A stretch of 64,000 nt of DNA from a virus (Duplodnaviria; Caudoviricetes), in IMG/VR virus record IMGVR_UViG_3300033475_000014, positions 1 through 64,000 of that record. One strand, given 5' to 3'. Under the pieces are notes generated by a model. That model did no database searches and was not told the origin of the DNA. It saw only the letters and a list, made by a program, of their open reading frames with translations. A program made the translations under genes and the position numbers. Of the stretch, positions 15,822-26,522 are shown one piece after another. Numbering within the stretch: position 1 is the first letter of the stretch; the number at the start of each line of letters is the position of its first letter.

Positions 15822-16678
15822 TAGTAAACTATCCTTAAGGTATTAGGAACTACGAGCGGATCTCTCAAAACTACTAAGCTGCCAAAGTTATTATTTGGAT
15901 TAGGAAGAAACGATGCTTGTATACGGGCTTGTGTGAATCCTGAGGCCTTAGCCTGCATGGCGCTTTGGATAGCGAATATATACCCGTTCTGCTGAGTGCC
16001 TGGGGCCACTGGAGTATAGGTGGTGCCCTGTCCTGGGCCGCCTGTGAAAGCTAATACCCATGGAGTGTAATTGGCGGGGTTGTTATATCCGATATATTTA
16101 ACACCCGATGGAGTGGTGCTAACGTTAGTTACGATAGAAAGCACTGCTGGGGACTGAGCCCGAGAGTGTAAGATAAAGTCTCGTAGATCGTTTGAAGCAA
16201 TACTCTTTTGGTATTTAGATACCTTTATCCCTGTGGTTGGGTCGTATGGAGTCGATACTGTAGGGAATTTAGGAAGCGTATAATCTACGCCAGTCGAAAT
16301 ATCTACGTTATAGCATTTAATACTTACCGTGTAGGTTACAGCGTTATATAAACCTCGGTTAACGAAATAAATCTTGTTATTATCGAAGGTGAATACTACG
16401 TCATTTTGAGCGCTAGATAAGTTACCCGAAGAACCAAAGGTGCGTCCAATACTTACGCCATTTAAAATAGTCCATCCCATTGTTAAAGGATAAAACCCTA
16501 ATCCATGCGTAACAGTTGCAGAAACTGAGAACCCATCAGTATAGGGAACTTGTACGACTGTTTCATATGCGATAGCTAAAGATGGCCAGTCGGAATTAAA
16601 CACATATTGGTAATCTGCCGCAAATGGGTCGCTCACGCCAATCTGGGTGACCCGTATACCTGCTGAATTAGAAGCCAC
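15821..16678 (-). CDS. Minor tail protein
   Basis: Internally duplicated F.S.....I motif typical of podovirus tail accessory proteins. Confidence 0.7.
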   Translation of the reverse strand: MASNSAGIRVTQIGVSDPFAADYQYVFNSDWPSLAIAYETVVQVPYTDGFSVSATVTHGLGFYPLTMGWTILNGVSIGRTFGSSGNLSSAQNDVVFTFDNNKIYFVNRGLYNAVTYTVSIKCYNVDISTGVDYTLPKFPTVSTPYDPTTGIKVSKYQKSIASNDLRDFILHSRAQSPAVLSIVTNVSTTPSGVKYIGYNNPANYTPWVLAFTGGPGQGTTYTPVAPGTQQNGYIFAIQSAMQAKASGFTQARIQASFLPNPNNNFGSLVVLRDPLVVPNTLRIVY

Positions 16679-16997
16679 CTGTCGTACCTATTGAGACACG
16701 TATGTTACCCTGTGAGTCGGTAACAGTAGTGCCACCCTGTAAGTTTTGTGTACCTGCCGTAGAGCCTGTTTGAATCTGTCGAGGAGCCACAGTTTGGTTG
16801 GACATCTGACCGTTATAAAGAAGCGACTCCAATGATAAGTAAGGGACTGTTACAAATCCCTCCTGTATTTCCCCTTCTGATGCTGGCATTATCTGAAAAT
16901 TAGCGTTACCGAACGTAGAAGAATATGCCATCATCATCATACTAGCGTTAGGGGCATTTGCTGATACTTGTGATTCAAAACCGCCATCTGTGTACAT
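16668..16997 (-). CDS. Tail-associated protein
   Basis: Position; TDSQGNIRVSIG C-terminus. Confidence 0.65.
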   Translation of the reverse strand: MYTDGGFESQVSANAPNASMMMMAYSSTFGNANFQIMPASEGEIQEGFVTVPYLSLESLLYNGQMSNQTVAPRQIQTGSTAGTQNLQGGTTVTDSQGNIRVSIGTTGGF

Positions 16998-17005
16998 ATG
17001 ACCTC

Positions 17006-19063
17006 CTAGTTATCTGGTGCAACTTCTACTTCGCCCATTGTTGGGTCTACTTCTAGTGTAACACCTGTAAAGTCTGGAGGTGTTGTTAGACCTGATGGCA
17101 TTGTAAAGTCAAACCCATACGATATTTCATGGAAACGAGTATTTATTTCAATAAGGGCGTTTGTCGCATCTGTTGTATTCGTAGCCGCAGCGGTTGTTTT
17201 TGTGCCACGATCTAACTTATAGTACGGTGTTACACTTGCTCCTGCTGGCAATCCAGTGAAGCTAACTTTAGCCCTGTTCGCATACTTTTGCTTAAACCTA
17301 GACCCGCCATCGAATATAAGGGATTCCCATGTTCCTGACTGTGCAGCAGTAGATGAGTTATCTAATATATCAATCCCATATGTTGTTACGCCGCCTTGTG
17401 TATACGCCCACGATGTATACAGGGTGTCGACAAAGTTCTGATTCATACCTATTTGAAGGTTAGTAACACCGCTCGTATTGTTATTGAGTAGACCATTAGA
17501 CATCTGGTAAGAATACCCAAATGAGTTAGGGAATGTCATCTCGACAGCACCCCACGAGTAATTACCATAATCCACATTAGGATTTGTGGTAGATGAAGGG
17601 TAACCTATAAGAAGAATGTTGTACCTTGAAGTAAACATGTTAGGGTTAACAATAGTGGAATCTGCGGTGCCGAGATAATCGGTGTTCTGGTAGGCAATTT
17701 TCCTCACTTTAATAACTGTCGTTCCGCCGCTCCATGCGTATAGGGAACCTGCTACAGTGAAGTAGACAACATTATTTACTGAATAAAGCCCGTATGGTGC
17801 CCCCATAGGTATATCAATAATAGATGTAGGCTGAGGAGTAGTACCATCCCAGAAATACAGAGCACCGTCCTGGAAGTTACGCGAAGAGTTCCTACTGCGA
17901 CGTTCAACTCCAATAACTAGTTGATTATTGTTAGTGGTTAACCCGCAAACCTCATATCCTGCCTTGAACACGAGCTGATGACGAATCCAATCATTATTCG
18001 AGGGATTGTTATCACTAGCAAAGTTATATGTAGATAAGTACTGACCATTCCCTATACAAAGAGCTTGACCATTACCCGTCCCCGTGGCCACATTGAATAG
18101 TGCAGTAGGATGCCATCCGTTCGTTGTTTGGACAAGCCTGTAAGCACTCCACGTCATATATGCTGACATAAAATCGCCTGTGGCGCTTGAGCCGTAAGAT
18201 ACAGGTACAACGGCGATTGTTCCATCGCTTACCGTAGAAGTAAGGTGCCAGTGGTAGTTAGCTGCTCCTGAAGCGATACCACCACCAACAAGCACGCGAA
18301 TCTGCGATCCAAATACAAACTCGTTAAGAGCATTAGAAGTGACATTAGCATTTGTAAGGGTCTTGAATGCTAGTTTGTTGTTCTGCGAATCATGGAGTGT
18401 AAGAGTATAGTCACCCGTACCCTTAGAAGCAATGTATACAGAGATGGAGTACCCTGGCTCAATATCTGGCGAGAACAAGCAATAACTCGAGGGGTCTTCT
18501 TTAATTGTTGTCGGTACTGGATAAGTCGCGCCGAGCGTTGCTGCAACAGAGCGAAGTGCACCATCAAAGTTTCCATCGTCTGGGTTATAAATTTGGGTCG
18601 TACCATTATTGATAGATACAGATTGCGCAAAGTTATTACTTCTAAATGCTGGTTGACCTGTATTCCCCGTCGTTACCTGGCCATACATTGAAACACTCGT
18701 CTGACCTGGGATATACAACTGGTCGGTCACCTGGTTATATAGAATGCCCGCAGAGCCTGCCTCAGACATCTGTGCAACGTCCGAGATGACGTTCGACGTA
18801 CTAATACGGTAAATATACCCTCTATCGCCTACCATCCAGCGTACGCCGTTTAAATCCTGGTCTATGGCCAATGGAAGGTCAGGTAAAGTAGTACTTAGCG
18901 CACGAGGGGCAGGAAGCACTGACATCTGGGCAGGGTCTGAACGAAAGTCTAAGTTACGGGATTTATAAAATGAATTAGATACACCTAACTTATTGGAAGT
19001 CGAGACACCTCCAGTGAAAAAGTTAGTATTGATCTGTATTTTAGAAGAATTTCCTTTTGCCAT
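17006..19063 (-). CDS. Tail nozzle / head-stabilisation protein (beta-propeller, P22 gp10/T7 gp12-like)
   Basis: N-terminal NFFTGG...NLD motif; size; follows the adaptor. Confidence 0.7.
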   Translation of the reverse strand: MAKGNSSKIQINTNFFTGGVSTSNKLGVSNSFYKSRNLDFRSDPAQMSVLPAPRALSTTLPDLPLAIDQDLNGVRWMVGDRGYIYRISTSNVISDVAQMSEAGSAGILYNQVTDQLYIPGQTSVSMYGQVTTGNTGQPAFRSNNFAQSVSINNGTTQIYNPDDGNFDGALRSVAATLGATYPVPTTIKEDPSSYCLFSPDIEPGYSISVYIASKGTGDYTLTLHDSQNNKLAFKTLTNANVTSNALNEFVFGSQIRVLVGGGIASGAANYHWHLTSTVSDGTIAVVPVSYGSSATGDFMSAYMTWSAYRLVQTTNGWHPTALFNVATGTGNGQALCIGNGQYLSTYNFASDNNPSNNDWIRHQLVFKAGYEVCGLTTNNNQLVIGVERRSRNSSRNFQDGALYFWDGTTPQPTSIIDIPMGAPYGLYSVNNVVYFTVAGSLYAWSGGTTVIKVRKIAYQNTDYLGTADSTIVNPNMFTSRYNILLIGYPSSTTNPNVDYGNYSWGAVEMTFPNSFGYSYQMSNGLLNNNTSGVTNLQIGMNQNFVDTLYTSWAYTQGGVTTYGIDILDNSSTAAQSGTWESLIFDGGSRFKQKYANRAKVSFTGLPAGASVTPYYKLDRGTKTTAAATNTTDATNALIEINTRFHEISYGFDFTMPSGLTTPPDFTGVTLEVDPTMGEVEVAPDN

Positions 19064-19067
19064 ATTT

Positions 19068-19964
19068 TTAACCCGTTAACTGAGTAGGAGGTATATTGAA
19101 AATGTTATACACATCACCAGCCTGCTTAGTAAATACAATACCCGTCGTCTTACTCGAGTAGGTTTCTTGGTATTGATCGAGTAAATTCTGGAATAGAGAC
19201 AGGAACTGATTAGCATTCCCTTCGTCTTTTCGCTTTAGATAGAATTGGTAAGCTGCATAGTAAACTAGTCCCATGTGGTAATCCTCAGGAATGTCTGGAC
19301 ACGCCCCAATAATATACGTAGCACTAGCGTTTGTCTGGTCCTGGTAGTAGTTGGCAAGTGTTAAGTGAGATGAATCCTGCACCGAAGCAATTTGATACCA
19401 GTTACCGCCCGTCCCATCAGTGACAGAAAGCCACATATTGACCATACTCTGCGTAAAGTTTGCACCACTGTCTGTGACTGTCTGAGAGCCATTAGATACA
19501 CTTGCAGTACCTGTGACGTCTGCTAGAGAGTAATCTGGTAATCGTGGCTCATAAGAAATGTTAAGCGTACCGATATTATTTGTGGATGGTGCTGGCCATA
19601 TAGAGACAACATTAAATCCTTTAACAAAGTACATCGTTGGGATGTAGATCGTGACAGCAGGGATAATGTTAAGCTCGTTCCATTTGTGCTCGCTTGGTAC
19701 CTCTGTGAGAGGGTATACAATTCCATTAGCAGTGATTGTCACTTCTGTAGTGCGTACAAAATCGGCTGGTAGCTGATAGTCCTGTTGGCCGTTTACAAGG
19801 CTTGCCTGTACTTGCTTACGCGTCCAATAGCGCCTTGCGGCGTTCTTAAACAGCTGTAGCCCCTGTTTGACGTCTTGAGCAATATTAGCAGTAGTGACAC
19901 CATTATCATTCGGTGACCCTACCATGTCGTATGTTCGTGATGCTATTTGATTAAGAGTCAACAT
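19068..19964 (-). CDS. Head-tail adaptor
   Basis: QQDYQLPADF...P.MYFV...IWPAP...IPEDYHMGLVYYAAY motifs. Confidence 0.75.
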   Translation of the reverse strand: MLTLNQIASRTYDMVGSPNDNGVTTANIAQDVKQGLQLFKNAARRYWTRKQVQASLVNGQQDYQLPADFVRTTEVTITANGIVYPLTEVPSEHKWNELNIIPAVTIYIPTMYFVKGFNVVSIWPAPSTNNIGTLNISYEPRLPDYSLADVTGTASVSNGSQTVTDSGANFTQSMVNMWLSVTDGTGGNWYQIASVQDSSHLTLANYYQDQTNASATYIIGACPDIPEDYHMGLVYYAAYQFYLKRKDEGNANQFLSLFQNLLDQYQETYSSKTTGIVFTKQAGDVYNIFNIPPTQLTG

Positions 19965-20806
19965 TAGGCGGCACTCGTGAAGTTAGTCCAGGTCGTTGAA
20001 CCTGTAGTATTGGCATAAAGACGCGTTGACGTTGATGAACCGTCAGTACGTAAGTAGATAGAGCCCTGAGCGGCGGTGAATGTAGGCGCTCCTGAACCCC
20101 AGAAGATACCAAAGTTCGCCGTAGACGATACTTTAATACCTGAAGTTGTCGCGCCCGCCGCTGGGGGGGCAGTGGAAGTTTGGAGACTTAACTGGCCAGT
20201 CGTTGATACGGTAGAGCCAGCTGTGATTGCACCAGATAGTGTAGAAGCACCCGTAACAGATAGTGTACTAGTAAGAGATAGTGCGCTACTAATCGCACCT
20301 GTCGTGACCGAAATACCATACATTGTGCCTGTGTTTGAAGTAGTAAAACCTACAATAGCATCTGCCGAGATAGTTGCGTTTGTAATAGTTGGTGCGTTAA
20401 TCGTTGGGCTTGTAAGCGTCTTATTAGTGAGTGTCTGTGAAGCGGTAAGGGTAACAACCGTGTCGGACACGTTAGGTAGTGTGTACATTCTTGTAGTCCC
20501 TGCAGTAATCCCTGAAAGCTGGAACTGGGCCTTTTTTGTAGTGTCCCCGTCATCCACTAAAGTAAAAAGCGTATCTTTAATAGAAAACGTATTGGTATTA
20601 TCTATTGTTTTGTTTTGGAGAGTCTGGATAGTCGTCGTATCTACAGGTTGTCCTGTCACTCCAAGTAGAGTTGAACGGTTGATACGTTGTGTCGCTAAAG
20701 CAGAATTAGTATAAATAGCTAGATAGTCGTTAGTACCATCAATACTATTAGCTGTAGGGAGTACAGTAGCTCCTGTAGCAGTTCCACCGAGGATTACATT
20801 GCCCAT
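19964..20806 (-). CDS. Tail fibre/spike-like protein
   Basis: TLTNKTLT repeats; start reassigned to the ATG in a TAATG overlap. Confidence 0.7.
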   Translation of the reverse strand: MGNVILGGTATGATVLPTANSIDGTNDYLAIYTNSALATQRINRSTLLGVTGQPVDTTTIQTLQNKTIDNTNTFSIKDTLFTLVDDGDTTKKAQFQLSGITAGTTRMYTLPNVSDTVVTLTASQTLTNKTLTSPTINAPTITNATISADAIVGFTTSNTGTMYGISVTTGAISSALSLTSTLSVTGASTLSGAITAGSTVSTTGQLSLQTSTAPPAAGATTSGIKVSSTANFGIFWGSGAPTFTAAQGSIYLRTDGSSTSTRLYANTTGSTTWTNFTSAA

Positions 20807-20985
20807 TAGACCTGGCTCCAAGCTGTCGCATATTTACCGATAACATAATACGCATTAGGGATGATAAAGTTCAAAGAGTTATCTACAATAGTATTTCCGA
20901 GGTTATCTTGAAGATATAGCCCATTTTGAGGCAAAACATAGCCGAACCCTGATTGTGGTGTCCAATATGTTGGATTCTTGCTCAT
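20806..20985 (-). CDS. 59-aa virion protein (missed by the ORF track)
   Basis: AGGAGG SD; MSKNPTYWTPQSGFGY...ATAWSQV; coupled to the next gene. Confidence 0.7.
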   Translation of the reverse strand: MSKNPTYWTPQSGFGYVLPQNGLYLQDNLGNTIVDNSLNFIIPNAYYVIGKYATAWSQV

Positions 20986-20993
20986 AATACCTC

Positions 20994-21395
20994 CTAAACA
21001 ATATCGAAGTAAAAACTTAACGTTGAAGAGCCTGTATTTGCTTTAAGATAGAGTACGCTGGTTAGGGCTACATCCACGCTTATCTGCACCCCAGTGGGGA
21101 TAGTGAAATAGTGAGCAGCTACAGTATTATCTGATTCGCTAATGTTGACGGTGTTCGTTGTTGCTAGAAAATTAACTCGTACTGCATTAAGCGGGATAGT
21201 GAGAGTAGTAACGGCCGAGTTAGACACAGTAGCTGGAGACACGACAGGAGTTCCCGAAATGTCCACTGTTTGCGGTCCGTTAGCAACTACGCCAGTTAGC
21301 GCATTACGGCTTGCATCATTACGGAGGTTGCCAAATAGGTTCTCTTGCCCTGGCTCTACAGGTGCTGCTTTCTTTGTGAATGTATATGTAGCCAT
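20994..21395 (-). CDS. Virion structural protein
   Basis: SD AGGAG; beta-sandwich-like composition. Confidence 0.7.
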   Translation of the reverse strand: MATYTFTKKAAPVEPGQENLFGNLRNDASRNALTGVVANGPQTVDISGTPVVSPATVSNSAVTTLTIPLNAVRVNFLATTNTVNISESDNTVAAHYFTIPTGVQISVDVALTSVLYLKANTGSSTLSFYFDIV

Positions 21396-21407
21396 ATTAT
21401 CTCCTAA

Positions 21408-21451
21408 TAAAATAGCCGCAGTAACGGCTGCGGCCTTATATGGTTATTATA
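21408..21451 (-). promoter_or_regulatory. Late promoter-terminator module 3
   Basis: TATAAT-AACCA-TATAAGG-hairpin-TATTTT. Confidence 0.7.
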
Positions 21452-21477
21452 AGTTAGTTTTCGAGTTAAATCTAGTA

Positions 21478-22104
21478 CTATATCAACTCAACTAATATAA
21501 ACGCAGGATTTGTTGTAGCAGCGGTAATAGCAGCTGTACCAGCAGATGCCTTCAAGCCGACATTGTATGTTTTAGACCCAGCTGATGGCGTTACAACCGC
21601 AATACAGCTGTTAGGCACCTCCTGGTTGGCTGCAGCCGTAAGGAGAGTACAGTCAGATATTTGTGTGCCACTACCAACTGTTCCATCCCATATCGACATC
21701 TCAGAATAAGCACCAGAAGACGTATTATACATAGATTTTGAAAAAGCAGTAATTTTAACTTTTCTTCCGCCTGATGGCACAGTAACTGTTGTCGTTAGCC
21801 CTGTAACCTGAACAAATGACGTTGAAGATGTCGAGAACATTGATGTTATCTGTGCGTAACCTAGAGTTGTACCTGGGAATGAGTTAGTAGAGGATGTCAG
21901 ATCCTTATTGGTTAAAACATCTGTAGAAGCCCTACCCACTAGGGTGTCTGATGCTGATGGCATAGTATAAGTATTGGAACCTGCGCCCGTTACCGTGACA
22001 TTCCCACCAGTAACAGTAAGACTTCGCGTGGTTGTGCCACCACCTAAAGTGAATCCATCGGCGTTATTAGCATATTGAGAGTTTTGTGAGTTATTAGTGC
22101 TCAT
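21478..22104 (-). CDS. Tail fibre-like protein
   Basis: Thr/Ser-rich; C-terminal module shared with 48985-49842. Confidence 0.7.
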   Translation of the reverse strand: MSTNNSQNSQYANNADGFTLGGGTTTRSLTVTGGNVTVTGAGSNTYTMPSASDTLVGRASTDVLTNKDLTSSTNSFPGTTLGYAQITSMFSTSSTSFVQVTGLTTTVTVPSGGRKVKITAFSKSMYNTSSGAYSEMSIWDGTVGSGTQISDCTLLTAAANQEVPNSCIAVVTPSAGSKTYNVGLKASAGTAAITAATTNPAFILVELI

Positions 22105-22113
22105 TTCAAATCC

Positions 22114-23139
22114 TTACATTGTTATACTTGATAAACCAGTAACTGACGAAATACCAGATATATTAGTAACGTTTGCAGGTTCCGTAGTTTTTACTTTGGC
22201 ACCATACGAGCCGTTAACGCCATCAAGTCCGTTTATATAACCAGTTCCACCTCTTCCACTTGCTGCGCCCGTTAAGGTATAAGTACCGCTATCGCTAAGG
22301 GTTGCATAAACCAAGTATACGTTCCCTGCATTTCCTCCGCCCCCTCCCCCCCCGCCAGAACCTGATACGGCTAGAGCAGAGCTTGTACCGCCATTTCCTC
22401 CATTAGAACCAGCAGTTCCAGAGGTTATTATTGTCCCACTGATCGTAATGGAAGGAGCCTTAAGAACAACATGTACACCAGGCTTCCCTGAATTGCCTCC
22501 TGCTCCACCACCACCGCCTGAAATGGTTGTTGTCCCATTCCCTGCTCCGTTAGAGCCATTATTCCCGTAGGCATTAGCACCCGCACCAGATGTGACTGAC
22601 CCAGATAGACTAGCGGCTGCTCCACTACCGCCAGCAGATGTTCCTCCGTTATTACCAGCGACATCTGATGTAGAAGCTGTTACGGCTGCCCCTCCGTTAC
22701 CGCTAGGCGTACCACCGTTACCGCCGTTTCCTCCCGTGACGTTGTGTGTGCCTCCACCTTGTGTGCCGCCTCCCCCTCCTCCGCCGCCAAAGCCACTCCC
22801 TTGAGCACCACCTGTAGATAGGTATAGATTAGCTGCACCAGCTCCTCCATTACCTACTGATGGTGACGTGTATGTTACCCCGTCTATGGTAGCTGATCCA
22901 CTACTCTGTCCGGCGGTTATTTTATTAGATACATCTATTGTTCCGCTAATTGTAATACTTGTCGTAGCGAGAATATACAAAACAGAACCGCTTGTGGCTG
23001 TAGTACTGAGAGTGGCTCCAACAGAAACACTTACTGTGGTGTACTGATATTTATTGTCTAGTGACAGATTCGTAGTACCCGAAGTCACACTTAACGAACC
23101 GTCTGAGCCATTACCGAATATGGGATTAGGAGTAGCCAT
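22114..23139 (-). CDS. Glycine-rich tail spike/fibre protein
   Basis: Start reassigned to MATPNPIFGNGSDG (TAATG overlap); GGGGG runs. Confidence 0.75.
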   Translation of the reverse strand: MATPNPIFGNGSDGSLSVTSGTTNLSLDNKYQYTTVSVSVGATLSTTATSGSVLYILATTSITISGTIDVSNKITAGQSSGSATIDGVTYTSPSVGNGGAGAANLYLSTGGAQGSGFGGGGGGGGTQGGGTHNVTGGNGGNGGTPSGNGGAAVTASTSDVAGNNGGTSAGGSGAAASLSGSVTSGAGANAYGNNGSNGAGNGTTTISGGGGGAGGNSGKPGVHVVLKAPSITISGTIITSGTAGSNGGNGGTSSALAVSGSGGGGGGGGNAGNVYLVYATLSDSGTYTLTGAASGRGGTGYINGLDGVNGSYGAKVKTTEPANVTNISGISSVTGLSSITM

Positions 23140-23612
23140 TATACTACCGTTAGATTCCCTTGTGAGCTTAGTACTGCCCACGTAGTATTTGCCGTAACGC
23201 AGAGTAAACGTAGCGTATCCCACTGATTCACACTCGCCAGAGAGCCGCCTGTACCCGATGTAGTTGCCGCCGAACCGAAGTGTATTTGCTGCCCTGAGTT
23301 TTGGGCTACTTTCCAACCTCCAGTACCTTTACCAGATACTTCAACTACGTCGCCTACTGAAGCAGTAGATGGAAGGGTTAACGTAACCAGACCAGCGTTG
23401 TTAAGAATATATCCGTTGTTTACTGCTGCTGTTTGCGACGTTCCTGTAACTTCCGTCCACACAACCCCTCCAGTTGCAGCAATAGAAATATCCTGACCCG
23501 ATTGAGTCAGAGTAACATTAGTTCCTCCTGTTAGAGTGACTTTCCCTATAAGAGGAGTCGAACCTGTCTTATTGATCGAGGCTACCCGAGATGAGGAAGC
23601 AGTATTAGTCAT
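23139..23612 (-). CDS. Tail fibre-associated protein
   Basis: TLTLPSTASVGD motif. Confidence 0.7.
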   Translation of the reverse strand: MTNTASSSRVASINKTGSTPLIGKVTLTGGTNVTLTQSGQDISIAATGGVVWTEVTGTSQTAAVNNGYILNNAGLVTLTLPSTASVGDVVEVSGKGTGGWKVAQNSGQQIHFGSAATTSGTGGSLASVNQWDTLRLLCVTANTTWAVLSSQGNLTVV

Positions 23613-25129
23613 TAGTTACTCCCTATGTACGTTACACCTTCACCGTTCACCGATGAGTCTATATTCACTGTATTTAGGTTAGCAATATCTAGGTTTACTG
23701 TATCGCCCGCCGCGAGCTGGAAACCGTTCGTAGACGAAACCGTAGAACTACCTACATAGATAATTCCCGTATTGGTAGTGAGAGCCTTAATAGCAACGGA
23801 TTTAACCGCCTGAGAAGACGCAAGCACAACTCGTGTACCAGCTGTGGTGACTGTCGTCTTGCCATTAAACACGGTTGTAGGAGCAACTGGGGTGCTCTGC
23901 ACGGCAAATGTACCTGTCCCTACTACAGTTGCATTTAGGTTAGCGGCTGTTGCCTGCCTAACAAATACATTTCCATCTGCGCCCTTAATGTCTAGGAACC
24001 CTGGAGTGGTTGGGGCTGTATTTAGAATAGAGCGGATATTCATATCCAGACCAGTTGTAGCGGTCGTCGTGGTTGAGTTAGAGGTAATTGCTGTCCCACT
24101 CCCATCGTAGGTACTAGAGGCTGTTGTAAGCGCTCCTGATGGGTTTACTTTCACATCAACAAATGCGCTACCGCCAGCAGTAGTTAGGCCGACTATAGAA
24201 GATTTGGTAAGCTGCGCGTGATTGGTAGAGTTTGGTACGGTGACCATTGTGACCATGTCGCCATTCTGTGCGCCAGTCTTTAGTGTAGCTTGGAGACGGA
24301 ATGTGGTTTGGTTTGTACCACCATTTGTGTAAACAATACGATAATATTGTGCGCGAGCAGGTGCACCAAATATCTGACCATCGTTAGGGGCTGTCCCACC
24401 AGCGGTAAATGTGGATGTGCTTGAATCATTCCAGTTAGTATTATCTGATGAAAACTCAATCTTTACCCCATTAGCAGCACTTGATTGATCCGAGAAAACA
24501 TATAGTTGGATAAATGAGTACCCCAGAGTTGATAGACCCGTACCTGTAAACGTAGAGTTAGCGATAAGAGTCGCTGTGCTAGAGTTTCCGCTATCTACTT
24601 TACCAGGCATTATAGTATTTAACTGGTTAGTAGTCGTGCCTATCTCTACGCCAGAAGAATCCCTAAGGTTGACATGCTGCCCACGGTTGGCAGTAATCGC
24701 TACAGCGGCAGCTCTTCCGTCTGTTACTGCGTCAATTGTCGAGTGATAGAAGCCCATTGCCGGCGTACCCGTAGATGTACCAGCGGTAAATGCCGAGTTG
24801 TCTGTCGTTCCACCAACCGAAAGTGAGCCCGTGACTTTTAGGTTACCAGAGCTGTCTAGCTGCGGCTCCCACATCTGCCCATCGGTAAGAGAGGGTGGAG
24901 TGGCTTGATAGCGTGCAAGAGCGAGCGTACCTGTAGCAGGAGAAGTAGTCGCGCCCTCTTGATATTGTGTCCCTCCAGAGCCTCCTCCTGTAACAGAGGT
25001 GAGCACCGATCCATCGGTTGGGTTTACGGCAACGGGTACAGGAGTAGCGCCATCAATAGAAGATAGACCCTCTAGGAGCGGAGCGCGGTTAGGGCCGAAT
25101 GGTTGAGGCTTTGTTGTCCAGTTAACTAT
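23612..25129 (-). CDS. Virion structural protein (probable ATA start)
   Basis: AGGAG-ATTATC-ATA in frame 41 codons upstream of the track start; module shared with 61045-62037. Confidence 0.7.
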   Translation of the reverse strand: MVNWTTKPQPFGPNRAPLLEGLSSIDGATPVPVAVNPTDGSVLTSVTGGGSGGTQYQEGATTSPATGTLALARYQATPPSLTDGQMWEPQLDSSGNLKVTGSLSVGGTTDNSAFTAGTSTGTPAMGFYHSTIDAVTDGRAAAVAITANRGQHVNLRDSSGVEIGTTTNQLNTIMPGKVDSGNSSTATLIANSTFTGTGLSTLGYSFIQLYVFSDQSSAANGVKIEFSSDNTNWNDSSTSTFTAGGTAPNDGQIFGAPARAQYYRIVYTNGGTNQTTFRLQATLKTGAQNGDMVTMVTVPNSTNHAQLTKSSIVGLTTAGGSAFVDVKVNPSGALTTASSTYDGSGTAITSNSTTTTATTGLDMNIRSILNTAPTTPGFLDIKGADGNVFVRQATAANLNATVVGTGTFAVQSTPVAPTTVFNGKTTVTTAGTRVVLASSQAVKSVAIKALTTNTGIIYVGSSTVSSTNGFQLAAGDTVNLDIANLNTVNIDSSVNGEGVTYIGSN

Positions 25130-25142
25130 GATAATCTCCTAA

Positions 25143-25185
25143 CAAAAAGAGCCTCTGTCGGCTCTTACCTTATGCCGATATTATA
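25143..25185 (-). promoter_or_regulatory. Late promoter-terminator module 4
   Basis: TATAAT-ATCGG-CATAAGG-hairpin-T5. Confidence 0.7.
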
Positions 25186-26044
25186 CGTCATTTTCATAAT
25201 CAATTCCAGCTAAACCGTATGCCCCGCGTAGCCTTTGTTCTTTTTGGTTTAACTCGAGATCACGCTTTATGAATGCACTCTCTTTGATACGTACCGACCG
25301 CTCTTTAGCATCTAGGGCCTGCTCTCTCATAGACTGTGCATTTTTGAGATTATCTAACTCTACAATCTTTTCATCTAGCTGTTTATCGAGCTCACGGAGT
25401 TTGTCTTTAAACTCTTCTACTTTAGATTCATACCCGTCTTCAAGCACGTTCATCTTTGCTTCTATCTTACGTACCTCTTCAACGAGCATCAACTTGTCTT
25501 GGCCGAGACGAATAATATCTGCTGAGAGCTTATTCTTTTCCAGCTGAATATTATCTGCTTCTTTGCGGAACTCTTGGAGGGTAATATTCCACTCGCTGAT
25601 AGTATTTTCAGATAGTTTTTCTTGCTCTTCTCGGTATTCTTTGGTTTCTCGGATTTGTTCCTTTAAATCTGCTAGTTCTTGACGTTTATTACGGATAGAG
25701 GCATTGACCTGCGTCTCTTTGGTCTTTAGTTCATCTAATTTGTCGTTCTGAGCAGTGATAGAATGCCTAACGACCTGTTCTTGAGCCTTTAGCGAGTCAA
25801 TAGTAACCTGTGCTTTATCCGCCAGATCATCTACTTCCTGCCTACGCGCTTCTAAAATAGACTCTTCGGCCGTAATTTGCTTACGAAGTACATCTAACTT
25901 AGTTTCGGCATCATCAAATACCTTCTGACGCTGCTGTAGGGCTTTTTCGCGCTCTAAAATATTCTCACGAGCATTAAGTACCCGCTCTTTTTCAGCGAGT
26001 TCTCTAGACTTCTTTGCGAGGTCGGCCTGGTCGCCTTTGCTCAT
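25181..26044 (-). CDS. Long coiled-coil protein
   Basis: E/K/L/Q heptad-rich. Confidence 0.8.
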   Translation of the reverse strand: MSKGDQADLAKKSRELAEKERVLNARENILEREKALQQRQKVFDDAETKLDVLRKQITAEESILEARRQEVDDLADKAQVTIDSLKAQEQVVRHSITAQNDKLDELKTKETQVNASIRNKRQELADLKEQIRETKEYREEQEKLSENTISEWNITLQEFRKEADNIQLEKNKLSADIIRLGQDKLMLVEEVRKIEAKMNVLEDGYESKVEEFKDKLRELDKQLDEKIVELDNLKNAQSMREQALDAKERSVRIKESAFIKRDLELNQKEQRLRGAYGLAGIDYENDV

Positions 26045-26522
26045 CTAATTCTAAATCCTTTGCTACATCGGCTGTTGGTTGGGTATTGTAAGCGGCTAAG
26101 ATGTCCTTTTTGCCAACGTAAAATCGTTTAATAGCCTCTGTCTGGAAGAATGGGTCGGTCCAATCGGTAGACGCTTGTCGGGCCTCGACGTGTCCGCCAT
26201 CAATACGCTCCTGGAGTTTGCTCATAGCCATCTGCTTGACACCTGCTTCAATCATTAAATCGGCCTCATATGCAGGAACAAGCTTAGTCTGACCTGGTTG
26301 GAGAGTAAGACGCTGTGGTGGGCGCTTCATAAGAGTATTTTTGTGGCCTGGGTAATCAGAATATGTCTCTTGGTCTTGTGGGGCCGCGAACTGGTAGGTT
26401 AAAGGCTTAGTGTCACCGTTAATAACTGTTACAAAGTCTTCCGGCTCATACATCTCACGTAGGCGCTCACGAATTGGCTTAACCTCTGCATTTGTAGGTG
26501 CACCGTAGTAATCGTTTTCCAC
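26004..26522 (-). CDS. Hypothetical head-module protein
   Basis: ORF; C-terminal RRPGRPRK motif. Confidence 0.75.
   Translation of the reverse strand: MENDYYGAPTNAEVKPIRERLREMYEPEDFVTVINGDTKPLTYQFAAPQDQETYSDYPGHKNTLMKRPPQRLTLQPGQTKLVPAYEADLMIEAGVKQMAMSKLQERIDGGHVEARQASTDWTDPFFQTEAIKRFYVGKKDILAAYNTQPTADVAKDLELDEQRRPGRPRKEV

Noticed and set aside
20076-20714. Long plus-strand ORFs antisense to Thr/Ser-rich tail genes (also 23844-24110, 26954-27412, 55211-55693, 61100-61600)
   Set aside because: Shadow ORFs produced by the codon bias of the real minus-strand genes; no RBS or operon context.
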